This document shows, one piece after another, positions 13,060 through 26,264 of a stretch of 64,000 bases of DNA (positions are counted from its first letter, which is position 1; the number at the start of each line of letters is the position of its first letter). The notes under the pieces are model-generated. The model searched no databases and was not told the DNA's origin. It saw only the letters and a list, made by a program, of their open reading frames with translations. The position numbers and the translations under genes are program-made. Source of the stretch: Vicugna vicugna (Eukaryota); NCBI GenBank assembly GCA_013265495.1, contig MU058418.1, forward strand, positions 954,917 through 1,018,916, read 5' to 3'.

Positions 13060-13345
13060 GAAGCCCAGTGTAGGTGGAGCAGAGTGAGGCTGGAGGGAGG
13101 GGCAAAGGTCAGATCTCCTAACAGCCCTGTGGGCTACGTCAAGGATTTGGGATTTTACCTTGGAAGCAATGGGAAGCCATTGAACAGCTTTGAGCAGTGA
13201 AATTCCTTTGTCTAGACTGAACTTCTTGAGATTAGAGACTGGGTCCTTTTCATCTTTGTGTCCCTCTACTCTTGTCCCAGTGTCTGGAACATAATGTTCA
13301 AGAATCATTTGCTTAGTGCATAAATGAATGAATAACTCCTCAAAC
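13060..13345. mobile_element. LINE-2 fragments
   Basis: GGATTTGGGATTTTACCTTGGAAGCAATGGGAAGCCATTGAACAGCTTTGAGCAG, and CAGTGTCTGGAACATAATGTTCAAGAATCATTTG...TGAATGAAT (L2 3' end). Confidence 0.7.
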
Positions 13346-13509
13346 ACTTACCATCCAGCCCTTCCTTATCTCTTAATTCTGGCTAACCAGGTTGTGGATG
13401 CCAGGATGACAGGAACCAAGTCGCAGTGTCTTTGTGTCCTTAACAGAACCTTATAGACACTAGTTCCATGCTAGAATATAGTACACACTTGTCCATTGAC
13501 TAAAGGTAT

Positions 13510-13725
13510 GCAAGGGAAGGAACTTAAAATCAGGAGGTCTGAGATTTCTTGTCTTTGCCAGTACCAACAGCTTTACCTTAGGGAACACATGACTTAAACC
13601 ACTCTGAAGCCTTGGTTTCTTCATTAGTAAAATGAGGACAATGCCACTTAATTCATAGGTTATGATGAGTGTGCACCATTTGTATGAGAATAACTTGAAT
13701 GCAAAGTAATACATTAATGAATGAA
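13510..13725 (+). mobile_element. MIR SINE
   Basis: MIR core CTCTGAAGCCTTGGTTTCTTCATTAGTAAAATGAGGACAAT. Confidence 0.7.
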
Positions 13726-14248
13726 AATTAATAAATCACTCGGGGCCAGGGCAAGACCAGTGGTGAAGGCACGACTTTAAAATGACAAAAGATGGTCCAA
13801 GGAACAAGCAGGATCCTGGAAGAACTGCTCTGACTCACAGCAGCCTTCCCTTCTCCTGCTGTTGGCTCAGAGCCCAGCTGGTTCCACATCTTCCCCCAGG
13901 GCGTGTCACCGCTGCTGACACCCTTCACACTTGGCTCCCTCTGCTCTGGCTCTAAGAAGCCTGTTTCAAAGAAGCCTGCATTCCCCTGTTGCACGTAGAA
14001 GGCTGTACTTGGAGACGGGACAACTAGATCCTGGGACGCCATGCAGAAACCACACAGACTCTGATTCCTGCTAAACCAGGCTAAAGAACCACTCATGACA
14101 AGAGCAAACAGGGCCCACCAGCCCCCTGGCTGTTCACCAAACTCTACTGCCCAGTGACTGTGGTTCTTGTCCTGGAGGCCTGCACGTCCTCGGGGATGAA
14201 ATGTGAGTAAGAGAGCAGAGACTGTGGTGTGCTGGGATGAGCATACTT

Positions 14249-14250
<2 letters not shown>

Positions 14251-14290
<40 letters not shown>
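14251..14290. repeat. (GT)20 perfect microsatellite
   Basis: Directly visible. Confidence 0.99.
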
Positions 14291-14291
<1 letters not shown>

Positions 14292-16269
14292 CCACCTTAA
14301 CCTCTGACAAACATAGTGGGAAAAGAATCCCCAGAGAGGAAGGGGAAGTCTTTCTTTTTGTTTTGTTTCTACATTCAAATCAAATTCCTTTTTTTAAAAA
14401 AAACTACGTCAACTTCCATTCAAGAACAGAAAGGACAGATAGATACATGGGCTTCTTACCTTTCCCTACTGTGCCTTCATCTGAACATTTTTTTTTTAAT
14501 CTCAAGGAGCAGGAGTAAAAGCTATTTGTAAAACTCTGAAGCCAAGTCCACCAGCCAACCTACCAGGGAGAACTCCAGGAGCATGAGGGGGCATCCAGGA
14601 GGGTGGTGGCAATCGTTTGGCTAGTCACGTCCTCCCTGTGGAGATGGCTTTCTTTTCTGCCGGCTAAGTAGATGCCAAACCAGAGAACTGCTGTGGTCGA
14701 GGCTCATGTGGGGATGAATATGTCCTTAGAGACTTTTCACTGCAACCTGATGTGTGCGCTGCTAAATCCTCTCCCTGTCCCCAAACAACAAAAGCTATCT
14801 TGCCTCCTTCTACTGAGGCATACATCTCTCAGCCACAAGAAATGCATTTTGCTTCATGCAGCTCAGTGTCAGCTCTTGCAATCATAAGTGATTTCAGTCA
14901 AATAGTCTAGGCTATTTTTCATATTTTCCTGCATCAGATTCCTCTCAGAGGATATTTTTCGGATCATCTCCCCAGCTGATGGAGTTGTTTGTTTTCATAG
15001 GAGGATAACTTTGGGGGCTGGGGGGATGCTGGGCAGTGGAGGGGGCAGGTTAGTGTCACCAAGGGAGCTGAGGGTATAGAGAAATTTCCCCGGGGTTGGG
15101 GAAGATAGGAGCTGTGGAAGAAAGGACTAAGAGCCTCTGATCCCTGAAGAAGAAACACCCAAACATGGTGTACAGACTACACCGGTGCACGAGAGAGCAG
15201 AGCAGTGATGCCCTTGCCACCAGATAGGAGGGGGGAAGGCTGAAACTGAAACAAGTGAATTCAATTACATTTGAAAAAAAGAATAGGCTAAATGAGGATT
15301 CAGTTCTTGGTCCTGTTCCAGGAAATATTTGTGAAAAGTTGGTCGAAAATATACCACTACTCTCCAAATCCTAATTTCACTATTATATAAATGCCCCGAT
15401 TTATTTGCAGTTTCTGATTAGAAAATGTTTTCCTGATTTTGTCTTTGCTACTGGCATGTGACCTGTTAATTTAATTTTGGTTTTTGCTTATACAAACCAA
15501 TTGCCGTGAAAACTTTTTCCGGTAATGCAGCAAAGATAGGGGGAACATAGGACATTAGTAATTATATATTGTGCTCCAATTTATTTAATTAGTAGTTATC
15601 AAGCATCCTTAATGGTTCATAGCCACAGACTAGGTTTATATCTGAGGACCTCAGACTGCTTCAGAGGTCTCTCATGTATGTCTCTGTGATGCAGAAAGAT
15701 GAAGAGTGTTTTAGTGGACTGAGGTTAGAATCCACCAGCCCAATGCCCGAGTACTTTTCTGCTGTCTTCTACCTCTGCCTTGCCCCTAGCTGAGCCACTG
15801 AGGTTGCTGCCCAGTCAGTGATGCCATCGCCCAATTTACCCAAATAGCCAGTCAGTGGGAGTGAGGATCCAAAACCTGATTTTTTTTAAATTAATGTTAG
15901 AAAATGCTCCTAGGTTTCTCCAATTTCTCTTCTCAAGGAGTGTTGAGAGAACTGTCATCTATGGGAGATGTTATGCATTTGGGAACAAAAAGAAATAGGC
16001 AGAAAGTACAGATTTAGAATATGTGATGCTTTTTTTTGGTCATGTGCCATTTTATGGTGGATGGAATTCAGAGATGTTGTATTCAGTTGTAGGTTGCACA
16101 TTGTGCAATGATGGAGGGAAATGTTCAATCAGACTATGAATGGAATTGGGGTTCTGCTCATGCAGATGAGGGGTGAGGATAGATGGGTCCCTCTCATGCT
16201 AGTGATCCTTATCTCACCAACTAAGGAAACTGTGATAGATGTATAATGAAAAGTATAATATACTTTTGG

Positions 16270-16870
16270 ATGAAGTGACAGATTTTAAGCTCTTGACCCA
16301 GGCAACTTGGGTCTGAACTCTGTCTCTACCATATACGAGCTAAGTCGCCTTGGACAAATTGCTTAAGCTCTCTGTGTCTCAATTCCTCATTGATAAAATA
16401 ATAAATAAATAGTGTTAAATAAAAACAGTAACAACTTCATAGGTTTGTGGGGATTAAATGAATTCATACATATTAATAGCTTAGAATAGTATCTGGCACA
16501 TAGCAATTGCTTGATTAATACTAGTTATTGTTATCATCATTTGTTATGTCAAGAGACATGTACTTTTACCCCATTGTGGTAAGAGATAGAAACACAGGGT
16601 TCCCACTGTTCTATTTAGAAAATAGTAAAGGTCCTGCACGGTTTGGCAGGAAGAGGGAAGGTACTCAAGTAGGATAGAATAGGTTTATATCTGTTGTAAC
16701 CATCTACTGTGATCTTGGCCATGTCCTCTACAGCTGTAGTCTCCTCATAAGCAAACTGAGCATGATGATAGTATCTACCTTGCAAGGTTGGTATGATGAC
16801 TAAAGACAAAACACGGGAAGTGTCTAGCATAGTGCCTGACTCTTGATAGCCTCTCAAAAACTCTTAGCTA
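16270..16870 (+). mobile_element. Two MIR SINE fragments (~16270-16540 and ~16700-16870)
   Basis: CTTGGACAAATTGCTTAAGCTCTCTGTGTCTCAATTCCTCAT...GCTTAGAATAGTATCTGGCACATAG; a second copy ends TAGCATAGTGCCTGAC. Confidence 0.75.
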
Positions 16871-18164
16871 TTGGCAGATTGGAGTAAAGCTAAGACATGG
16901 CATTTGGATACTGTTATATACAGTTACTGAATGTGTTCCAGCCTCAGTGAAAAAAAAACTTCTCCCCTACCCCAACCAATGGTAATGATCTACAGATCTC
17001 TTCCATGGGAACTGCTGTTAAAACTTATGATTCACATGTCACCAAGAGGGAGCAAATATTGTCACTATCTTGAAAACAGAAGAAAGCAAACATTTTAGAA
17101 ACACTTTCTGGTGAAGTTTGGTTTTTTTTTTTTTGATAAAAGCATTTTATGATTAACACAAAATTTTATCAGAAAATGAGTCAGAATACTTCACTCCCCA
17201 GTATACCCATTAATCCAAATTTAAATCTAATTGTTTAGATTTTAAAACAGAAAAAAATAAGGTATTTTTGGATATTTCTAACAATCTGAATGGAAATTTT
17301 CAGCATGCATTTCCTCAGTAGATGCTTGATGACTTACAGCACCTTGAGGTGGCAGAGACAGCTATGGTACAGAGAGGATGGACAGAAATGCCTAGAATGA
17401 ACTAGCACAAGAAGTCACAGGGCCTGGGTGGGATGGTGGCAGGGGTTGTGGCAGGCGGAAGAGAGAAAGAGTAGGAAATAGCTGTAGTTTCCCAAGTTTC
17501 CCAAGAAGTCCAGCTATTCTTCTGCTGTCTCCTTCCAATACCCACCCCCCCACCCAATATATAGGTAAATTTGAATGGGTCTTTTATCCTTACAATCAAG
17601 TTTGCTTTGATTAGCACAATTATAACAAAGGCTACCCTCAAGATGAATTGGAGGGGAAGGGTGAAGAATCTGTATGATAAGAAGTCCCAGGGAAAACAGC
17701 AATGCAAACCATGTCCTTCAGTCTCCTCACCCTCACCTACTTCTTAGCCACTCCACCCATAGGTCTCCCACACTTACACATTGACCTTTGCTTCTGAAAA
17801 GTCCTGACCACTACCCTTATAGGCTTGTACTTTTTGGAAAGTGTCTCAAGCTTTAAAATTACTGTTACAACAAGCTTTTCAGGTAGGTATTAGGATCTGA
17901 CCAAACTAACTCACACTAACATGAGTTATCCCTAGAGAATTAACAATTCAAAAGCTCTCATAAACTTTAATAAAACTCTAATCTGTGGATTTTATGCCAG
18001 AAATGTTTCAGGGACCCATGAATGGAGTCTCCTGAGTCAGGTGTTCAGCCTAGCCAATAAGCTGAGGACACAGGAGCATGAGCCCCAGGGGGCATGCCAG
18101 GGTTGATTATTTTAAAAGGAGATATGGGTGGGAGCAGTTATTGGTATCTCCTTTATATGGTTTT

Positions 18165-19929
18165 TGTATTAGTCTGCTCAAGCTGCTATAACAAAATTCT
18201 ATAAACTGTGTAGTTTGAACAACAGGTTTTTATTTTCTCATAGTTCTGGGTGCTGGGAGGCCCAAGATCAAGATGCTGGTCAGTTTGGTTTCTGGTGAGA
18301 GCTCTCTCCTAGATTATAGATGGCTACCTTCTCTGTGTCGTCACATGAGGAGTAGAGAGCTCTGGTGTCTCTTCCTCTTCTAATAAGGGTGCCAGCCATA
18401 TTCGATTGGGGCTCCATCCTTATGACCTCATTAAACCCTTAGCACATCCCCAGAAGCCCTATATACAAATATAGTCACATAGGATGGGGAAGGGGGGTGG
18501 TTAGGGCTTCAAAATATATGAGTTTGGGGGGGTACAGACAATCTATAACATTCCACCTCTGGGCCTCCAAAATTCATGTCCTTCTTACATGCAAAAACAT
18601 GCACTCCATCCCAACAACCCCCAAAGTTTTACCTTATTCCAGTGTCAACTCTAAAGCCTGAAGTCCAGTGTCTCATCTAAGTAGCATCTAAATGAGATAT
18701 AGGTGAGACTCATCCTAAGGCAAAATTGCTCTCCAGATGTAAACCTCTGAAACCAGACAAGTTAAGTGCTTTCAAAATACAGTGGTAAGGCAGACACAGA
18801 ACAGACATTCTCATTCCAAAATGAAGAGAAAGGAAAGAAGGAAAGGGTGACAGGTCTCAAGCAAGTCTAAAACCTAACACGGCAAATTCCGTTAGATCTT
18901 AAGGCTTGAGAATAATCCTCTTTGGTTTGATGCACTGCCCTGTAAGGCCACTGAGGTGGCAGTATCACCCTCAAGTCCCTGTGGGTAGCCCCAGCCCTTC
19001 AGCTCTCTGCTGAGGGCCCCCACCATGGCTTTCTTCAAGGGCCTCCACTCTGAAACTAGGGAGGAAACAGCCTTGCCTCCTGGGCCTGTGGTGGGCAGAC
19101 CTCTGAATTACCTTCTGGTCATTCTCTTTTATTAAAGGATAACCCATGTTAGTAGCCTTCATTCTGTCCCATTTTCTTGAAGCTGGCAGTGTTTTCGGTG
19201 GTATAATCTCTATTTCTTGCTTCTGCTGAGATACCTGATTAGATCCATGGTTCACACTCATCTTAATCTCTTTATCAAAGCATTATTCAGCCACCCATAC
19301 CTTTAATGTTCTCTTTAGAACATCTTCCTCATTTTTTGCAATATCGATAGGCTGAGAATTTTCCAAATCTTTAAGTTCTAGTTCCTTTAATGCTTAAAGA
19401 TTCCTTCTTCAATTCATCTCTCTCCTCTTGTATTTTGCTAAAATCAGTAAGGAGGACAAAAGCCACACATTCAATACTTTGCTTAGAAATCTCCTTTGCT
19501 AAATATCCAATTTCATTGCTAGTAAGTTTGATCTTTCACAAAACACTAGAGCACAGTTCAGCCAAGTTCTTAGCAAGTTTATAATCAAGATCATCTTTCC
19601 TCCAATTTCTAATAAACTGTTCCTCATTTCTACTTGTGATCTCACAGAACAGTCTTTAACATTCACATTTCTATGAACATTGTGTTCATGATCATTTTTG
19701 TGTTCTCTCAGAAGACGGAGGCTTTCTCTCTAGTTCTCCTTTTTCCTTTGAGTTCTCAGCAGAATCACTGTTAACATCCATTTCTACTAGCAGTCCCTTC
19801 ATGGTAATAGACTTTTTCTACCATGTACCTCAAAACTGCTCCAGCCTCCACCTATTTTTCAGTTCCAAAGCTGCTTCCACATTTTTAGGTATTTGTTACA
19901 GCAGCACCCCACTTCATAGTACCAAAATC
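18165..19929 (-). mobile_element. MaLR element: MLT1A-like LTR (~18165-18550) plus internal sequence (~18551-19929)
   Basis: Begins TGTATTAGTCTGCTCAAGCTGCTATAACAAAA...TTCTCATAGTTCTGG. Internal region ends GCAGCACCCCACTTCATAGTACCAAAATC, the usual MaLR internal/LTR junction. Confidence 0.8.
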
Positions 19930-19935
19930 TGTATT

Positions 19936-20679
19936 TGTATTTTTCAGGGTTCTCCAGAGAATCAGAACCAACAGGATGTATATCTATATAGAAGGAGATT
20001 TGTTATAAGGAATTGTCCCACACAATTACAGGGGCTGACAGGTTCCAAGATCTGCAGTCAGCAAGCTGGACCCAGAAGAGTCAGTGGTGTAGTTACACTC
20101 CAAGTTCAAAGGCCTGAGAACTAGGAGAGCCAATGATGTACAGTTGACTCTTGAACAACATCGGTGTGAACTACATGGGTCCACTTATATTCGTATTTTT
20201 TTCACTAAATACTTACTTTAGTATTACACCATCTGAGGTTGGTTGAATCAGCAGATGCAGGACTGCAGATATGGAGAGCTGACTATGAAGTTATGGGTTT
20301 TTTACTGCATTGAGAGTCAGTGCCCCAACCACACTGTTCAAGAGTCAACTGTAGTTCCAGTCCAAAAACTGGTGGGCTCGGGATCCAAGAAGAACCAATG
20401 TTTCAGTTCAAGTCCAAAGACAGGAAAAAACTGATATTCCTGCTCAAAGACAGTGAGGCAGGACGTATTCCCTCTTATTCAGCCTTTTTGTTCTATTCAG
20501 GTCTTCAACTAATGGATGAGCCCCACCCACATTAGGGAGGGCAATCTGCTTTACTCAGTCTACTGATTCAAATGTTCACTTCATTCCAAAACACTCTCAC
20601 AGACATGTCCAGAATGTTTGACCAAATGTCTGGGCACTCTGTGGCCCAGTCAAGTGGACACATAAAATTAACGATCACA
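19936..20679 (-). mobile_element. ERV-L MLT2-type LTR, interrupted by a Tigger MITE
   Basis: Termini TCAGGGTTCTCCAGAGAATCAGAACCAACAGG and CCCAGTCAAGTGGACACATAAAATTAACGATCACA. Confidence 0.85.
20141..20351. mobile_element. Tc1/mariner Tigger2-like MITE (211 bp)
   Basis: Perfect 17-bp TIRs CAGTTGACTCTTGAACA / TGTTCAAGAGTCAACTG, with TA duplication at 20139-40 and 20352-53. Confidence 0.93.
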
Positions 20680-20855
20680 GTTCTCAACCTCATAAATCAC
20701 CTTAGATTTATAAGTGCACATTGGAATCCCCTTGGGGATCTTTAAAAACATACCATACTGTAGTCCCACCTTCAGAAAACCATATAATTGGTCTGAGGTG
20801 CATCTTAGAAGTTTTAAAAGCTCCTCTGGTGACTCTAATATTCAGTCAAGGTGGC
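20680..20855. mobile_element. hAT-Charlie MER5-like DNA transposon remnant
   Basis: GTTCTCAAC...TGCACATTGGAATCCCCTTGGGGATCTTTAAAAA...AATTGGTCTGAGGTG...GGTGACTCTAATATTCAGTCAAGG. Confidence 0.7.
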
Positions 20856-21435
20856 CAGATGAAGTACAAAAGCAAGAAAATGTGGTGGAGCAGAGAAGCC
20901 ACATGGGAGCACTTTACGTGTGTGACTCAGCCCAGAACTGCTACCTCCTCCTGGTTTGGCCCCTGTGGGTGGGGAGGAGTGAAGAGCTGGCAGAATGAGA
21001 GGAGAGAAATTCCTCTTCACCCTGGCTGAGGAAGAGACAAGGGCCTGGGTGTGGGTGACTTTGTATGTTTAGAACAGTACTGGTCCTTTTCACAGTGATG
21101 CTAAGAGCTGAGAATGACACTTCCCTCTTCTCTGAGCAACTTCTACCCACTCTACCGTGGGATAAGAAAGGCAAACCAAAATGGCAACGTACTGTCTGCG
21201 TGAGGTTTTGTAAAGTATTTACTCAATATCAATCCATCGAGGACAAAGATACATAGAAGTGTTTTGCATGGTAAACAAGAGCCACATATGGTTCGAGCTT
21301 TTGCCATGAAGGAGGACTAAGCAAACCCACCCCAACATCTTAAAAGATGCTAATTCCTTGAGAGGAATTTACTGATAACTTGAAAAACCATAGAACCAAC
21401 CCTGCAATGTAGTTTCAAAAATAAGCCCCACAATG

Positions 21436-21548
21436 CAGTTTCAGTTTGGGAAGATGAATAGTGGTGATGGTTGCACAACAATGTGAATGTACTTAATGCC
21501 ACTGAACTATACACTTTAAAATGGTTTAAATGGTGTTAAAAAAAAAAA
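21436..21548 (+). mobile_element. Short L1 (L1MB-type) 3' end
   Basis: GGTGATGGTTGCACAACAATGTGAATGTACTTAATGCCACTGAACT followed by poly(A). Confidence 0.8.
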
Positions 21549-21859
21549 GCTCCGATTAAAAATATAAAGGCATTTCATACACAGAATTAACACCATCTTT
21601 AAATACACAATACCAAAATGGAAACCCTGAAAGCTCTAAATCAGTAATTCTAGGTTCAGATACGCATGAGAGGAGACAAGAAAGGGGATGGCAGAGAGGT
21701 CGCCTCTCTGCAACCACCAACAAATACCTAGACTTTACATTCGCCCTGTGGTTCTCAAGGTGGCAAAGAGCTAGTCAGTCTCAAGTTTTTCCTTAGTTGA
21801 GCTGCTGTTTGGGTTGCAGAGAATCAACAGGAAGGGAGAGAGAGAGGGAGAAATCTTCC

Positions 21860-22460
21860 TCCTCAAAACAACCAAAAAGGGCTGGGCTCTGCCGGGCCGA
21901 CAGCCGCCGCCAACCGGAGCTGCCCTAGCCCTTGGGAGCGGCTGGAGCCACGGTGCCGCTGCAAAGCCAGCGCTGCGGACAGAGCGTCTGGCCGCGCGGC
22001 CCACCCGGGGGGCGAGCTCCTAACTCCCAGGGCCTCCTGTGGCTGCGAGGCGGGAGCAGCAGCTTCTCCCGCCAGCCTCGCGGTCTCTCCGCTTCCAGGT
22101 TCAATAAGGATTACATCATGGAGCAAGTATGCGGGGCAGCCTGAGAATCAAAGCCGTCACAATCAGCGGCTGGTTAACTGTACTGTTGCTGAAACACATC
22201 CTTCCCACCCCCTCCTCTCGCCCCTCTCCCCACCCCAGCCCTCTGCTTTTCGTACTATTAAGGATAGCATTATTGGGGAGAGGAAAATCTGATCAAAACT
22301 GTCGGCCGCCAACGGCAGATTTTCTATGGATTCTATAAAGGCCACCTTAACGATTTCCCTAATTAATGGATGACATCTTTGGCTGAAGGAGAGGCGATGG
22401 ATTCGACTCTGTCTTCGTCTTTGTTAACCTTCTAATTAACTTTCGTAGGTCACCCAGGTC
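21860..22460. promoter_or_regulatory. Small CpG island plus motif-rich block
   Basis: CpG-dense 21890-22150 inside otherwise CpG-depleted, repeat-rich DNA. Confidence 0.7.
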
Positions 22461-23599
22461 TCCCAAACCTAAAAAGTGAAGAGGCCCATTGTGCGAGGAG
22501 CAGTAAACTTACTTTTTCTGCTAGGGTACTTAAAAGGGAGAACGATTATAGGCCGAGAAAAATAACTCCATTTAAAAGCTTTGTGGCCACAGATAATGCA
22601 TAGGTCCTTCCCTTAGAAAATAATTGAAACACCTTTTATACTAATATTTCTATGCATAATAAAAACAAATTAGCAAAATGCATCTAAATTCAGCGGCACT
22701 TTCAAATTACCTTTTTTGGAATGTAAGCCTCTACAAGTCAACAAAAGGAGCGGGGGTTTAGAGAGAACATTGCAGTTGCAACAGCTATCAGCCTTTATGC
22801 AGGCTGAGTGCAGGACTGTGCTGGGCTCAGATATCTGAGTCACCTCCTGGAGGAAATGCTTCACATTTACTGCCCTTGCCCAGGCCAGGGATGAACTGCC
22901 AGGAGGACCCAAAGACTATTAACAAGTAAGCAGGTCTTTTTCTGGCCAGAGTGGTTTTGAGGGTTCAGAAATATTTTAATGGTCTTAGTGAAAACAGAAA
23001 CCACCATGGTGGAAAAGCCAGAAAGCAAGGTGAAACCCACCGTGAGCAGTGAAATTGATAAAACAGAACAATTTTTTAAAATGTAAGACATGTTCCTGTT
23101 GGAATTTTCATTTTGGTAGATTTGATAGGCTATGCAGATGTGTTGTGGTTTCTGTCCCAGCTCCACAGCACCTCTGACCAAGCAGAAGTGACACTGAGGG
23201 AAGAGCAGGTGCTCAGCCTAAAATGGCACCAAGACCAAGGCTCCTTTAAAGGAGGGCTTTGCTGAAAGGGAATGAGATTCCTAACCCAGGGATTACAGTA
23301 GTGTGACTTTAGTATTGTTTTCTGATTATAAACAGAACCAGAGCTAATTGTAGAAAAGTATAGACTTAAAATACTCTCAATATTTCAATTATGTAGTTCC
23401 ATTTTTTCTTCTGTACATCCCCAAATTTTTACACAGTTGATATTTGTACTCTTATTTTTGTTCCTTTAGTACCATAGCATTAGATTTTTCTCTGTGTTAT
23501 TAAAAATGGGAACAAGATCCTTTGGGGGTTCTGCCTGCATACCCAGATTGAAGGTACAGGGGGCAACTCTATGACATCTCTCTTCTAGAAGTCTGCCAC

Positions 23600-24215
23600 C
23601 TGTAGGAAAACAAGTGCTCTCATGCATTGCGGTGGGAGTTTAAATTGCCACAACCTCTCTGGAATAGAGAGCAATTTGGCATTATTTATGAAAATTACAA
23701 AAACATACATACTTTGATGCAGCAATTCCTCTTTAGGAAACTTCTCTAAAGATATACAAGTGCAAAATGACATACGTATAAAATTATTCTTTGCAGCACT
23801 GTTCATAATAGAGTGAAAGCTATCTAAATGTCCATCAACAGCGAACTAGTTAAAGAAATATGGTACATCCATCCAATGGAATATTATGTAGCCGTAAAAA
23901 TAGATGAGGATGCTCATTATATGCCAATTTGGAATGGTCTCTAAAATAGCCTGTTAGGTAAAAAACAAACAAATAACAATAACAAAATGGAGCAGAACAG
24001 TGGTGTAAAGTATGCTACCATTTGTAGGGAAAGGTGTGGTTTGAATAGCCATAAACATTTTCTTCTAGTAGCAATTGTCTTGGGAAAAGAGACCTGAGTA
24101 GTTGAGAACAGCTATGTGAGGGGAGACTTCACTATAACTTTTGTACCTTTTGAATTTGTACTGTGTGAATATACTACTTATTCAAAAGTACATAAATTTA
24201 AGATTAAAAAATAGA
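23600..24215 (+). mobile_element. Ancient L1 (L1ME-type) ORF2 end and 3'UTR
   Basis: CAGCAATTCCTCTTTAGGAA; CTAAATGTCCATCAACAG; ATGGTACATCCATCCAATGGAATATTATG. Confidence 0.8.
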
Positions 24216-24879
24216 AAGGTTGCCATTTTCCAGTCTGCTCTATGCACAGCTCAGTACAATTCAAGGCTAGCCCAGTTGTAAAAGCGTCCTAGTCATTTCT
24301 GGATACTAAATATCTTATTTTAGACTTCTCAAAGTCTTCCTACATCAAAAGACCCCTAAAATGGAAGGTACACAGTCTTTAAAATCTTTAAATGTTTTTT
24401 AATGAAAATATAATAATGCATTCTGTGATTTAATTGTTCAAAATTAAAATTCAACCATTAAGTCTGTATAAATAAAACATTCACAGGCTTCATCAGCATG
24501 TGCATTGGGACAAATGCTTTGGGCCTCAGAATTGTGGAAATATTTCCTAATGCTTGAGATGTGCCAAGAAAGAGATAAAGAAATCAAATAAAACCATATA
24601 CTACACGAATTCTTCTTGCTCACAAGAGTCTGATTTACTTGTATCAATCAATTTAAGTGACTCATACTTTATGAGCTATTTTAAGTGATTGAACTAAAAC
24701 CTGGAGCCAATGTTATCCTCTCCCCACTCCTCAGACCAATCTGTCAAAATGGCATTGGAAATTATTAGGCTGAACCATATGAAATTAGTGTATCAGTGGT
24801 CCTATAGCAGCAATTTAAATATTCAATTTAATATTGTTCATCACCATAATGTTGTAGCCTGTAGCTACATAACAGAAAC

Positions 24880-25365
24880 ATTGTCATAGTTGTCTGTTCA
24901 ACATCCATTTCTCCCTTCTTCCTTGTTAGCAGAACTCCCATTTAATTCCCATTTAGGAAAGTAGTAAATCTCTATTCAACTAACTATATACATGAAATTC
25001 CTGTTTCTTTTGCCTGTAATTGGTTAAGATTTGAGCATATGATACAGTTCTAGGCCAATGAGATTAAGTAAAGACAATTAGAAGTTTCTGAGAAAGATTT
25101 CTCTTCCACTGAACATTCTCAGGCCCAGATGGATTGTCCAGAACTCCAGCATCCATTTTGCTACTACAAAGCGTGCAGATAAATGGTCATGCTAGGGTGA
25201 CACAATAGAAAAAAGGAAAGAAATTGAATCTCCATGGTAGTACTGAGTGGTTGTATTAAACAACTGTGTAATCCGCTGACCTTGTACCTCTTGTTATATG
25301 AAATGATAATTTTCTTTATTGCTTAAGCCATTTTGAATTGATTTTCTGTTACATTCCAAATATAA
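24880..25365 (+). mobile_element. Old MLT1-type solo LTR
   Basis: CAGTTCTAGGCCAATGAGAT; CAGCATCCATTTTG; TTATTGCTTAAGCCATTTTGAATTG...TCTGTTAC. Boundaries approximate. Confidence 0.6.
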
Positions 25366-25500
25366 GTAGACCATCCTGGCAAATATTTTCTGCACTTTAA
25401 ATGGTGTGAAGCCCAGGTAGTATCTTGTAAAGGTTCCTCAAGTAGTTCTGTTGCACTCCTCTAATCAAAATCACTTTAAATCATAAAAATAAATGCCTCC

Positions 25501-26264
25501 TCAATATCTTTAGTCATTAGGGAAATGCAGACAACAATGAGATACCACTTCACACCCACTAGAATGGCTATAATCAAAAAGATGGATGATAACAAGTGTT
25601 GGCAATGATGTACATTGCTGTAAAAATATAAAATGGTGCAGTCACTTTGGAAAACAGCTTGGCAATTCCCCCTAAAACTTAAACATACAGTTACCATATA
25701 ACCCAACAATTCTACTCTTAAATATAGATTCAAGAGAGTTGAAAACGTAACATCCACGTAAAAACTTATATAGGAATGTTCATAGCAGCATTATTCATAA
25801 GACAAAAAGTAGAAGCAACACAAATGTCTATCAACTGATGAATGGATAATTAAAATGTGGTATATTCATACAATGTAATATTATTTGGCAATAAAAAGAA
25901 ATGAAGTACTGATGCATGCTACAGTAGTACTGAAGTACTGATGCATGCTGCAACCTTGAAAAAATTATGCTAAGTGAAAGAAGACAGGCATAAAAGGGCA
26001 CTTATATAAAACATCCAGAATAGGCAAATCCATAGAGACAGAAAGTGAATTAGTGATTTCTAAGGGTTGGGAGGGGGAAATGGGAAGTTACTGCTAATGG
26101 AAATGGAGTTTCTTTTTGGGAGTGATAAAAATATTCTACAATTTGAGAGTGTTGATGAATGCACAACTCTGTGAACATACTAAAAATACTGAATTGTACA
26201 TTTTTTAAGGGTGAACTTTATGGTATGTCAATTATATCTCAATAAAGCAGTTATGAAAAATTCA
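25501..26264 (+). mobile_element. 5'-truncated L1 (L1MB-type) with TSD
   Basis: ORF2 C-terminal remnant (ATTAGGGAAATGCA...ATGAGATACCACTTCACACCCACTAGAATGGCT) and 3'UTR ending CTCAATAAAGC. 16-bp TSD AAAAAYAAATGCCTCC at 25485-25500 and 26265-26280. Confidence 0.9.

Noticed and set aside
25902..25949. 19-bp direct repeat TGAAGTACTGATGCATGCT with a 10-bp spacer
   Set aside because: Local duplication inside an old L1; two copies only, not CRISPR-like.
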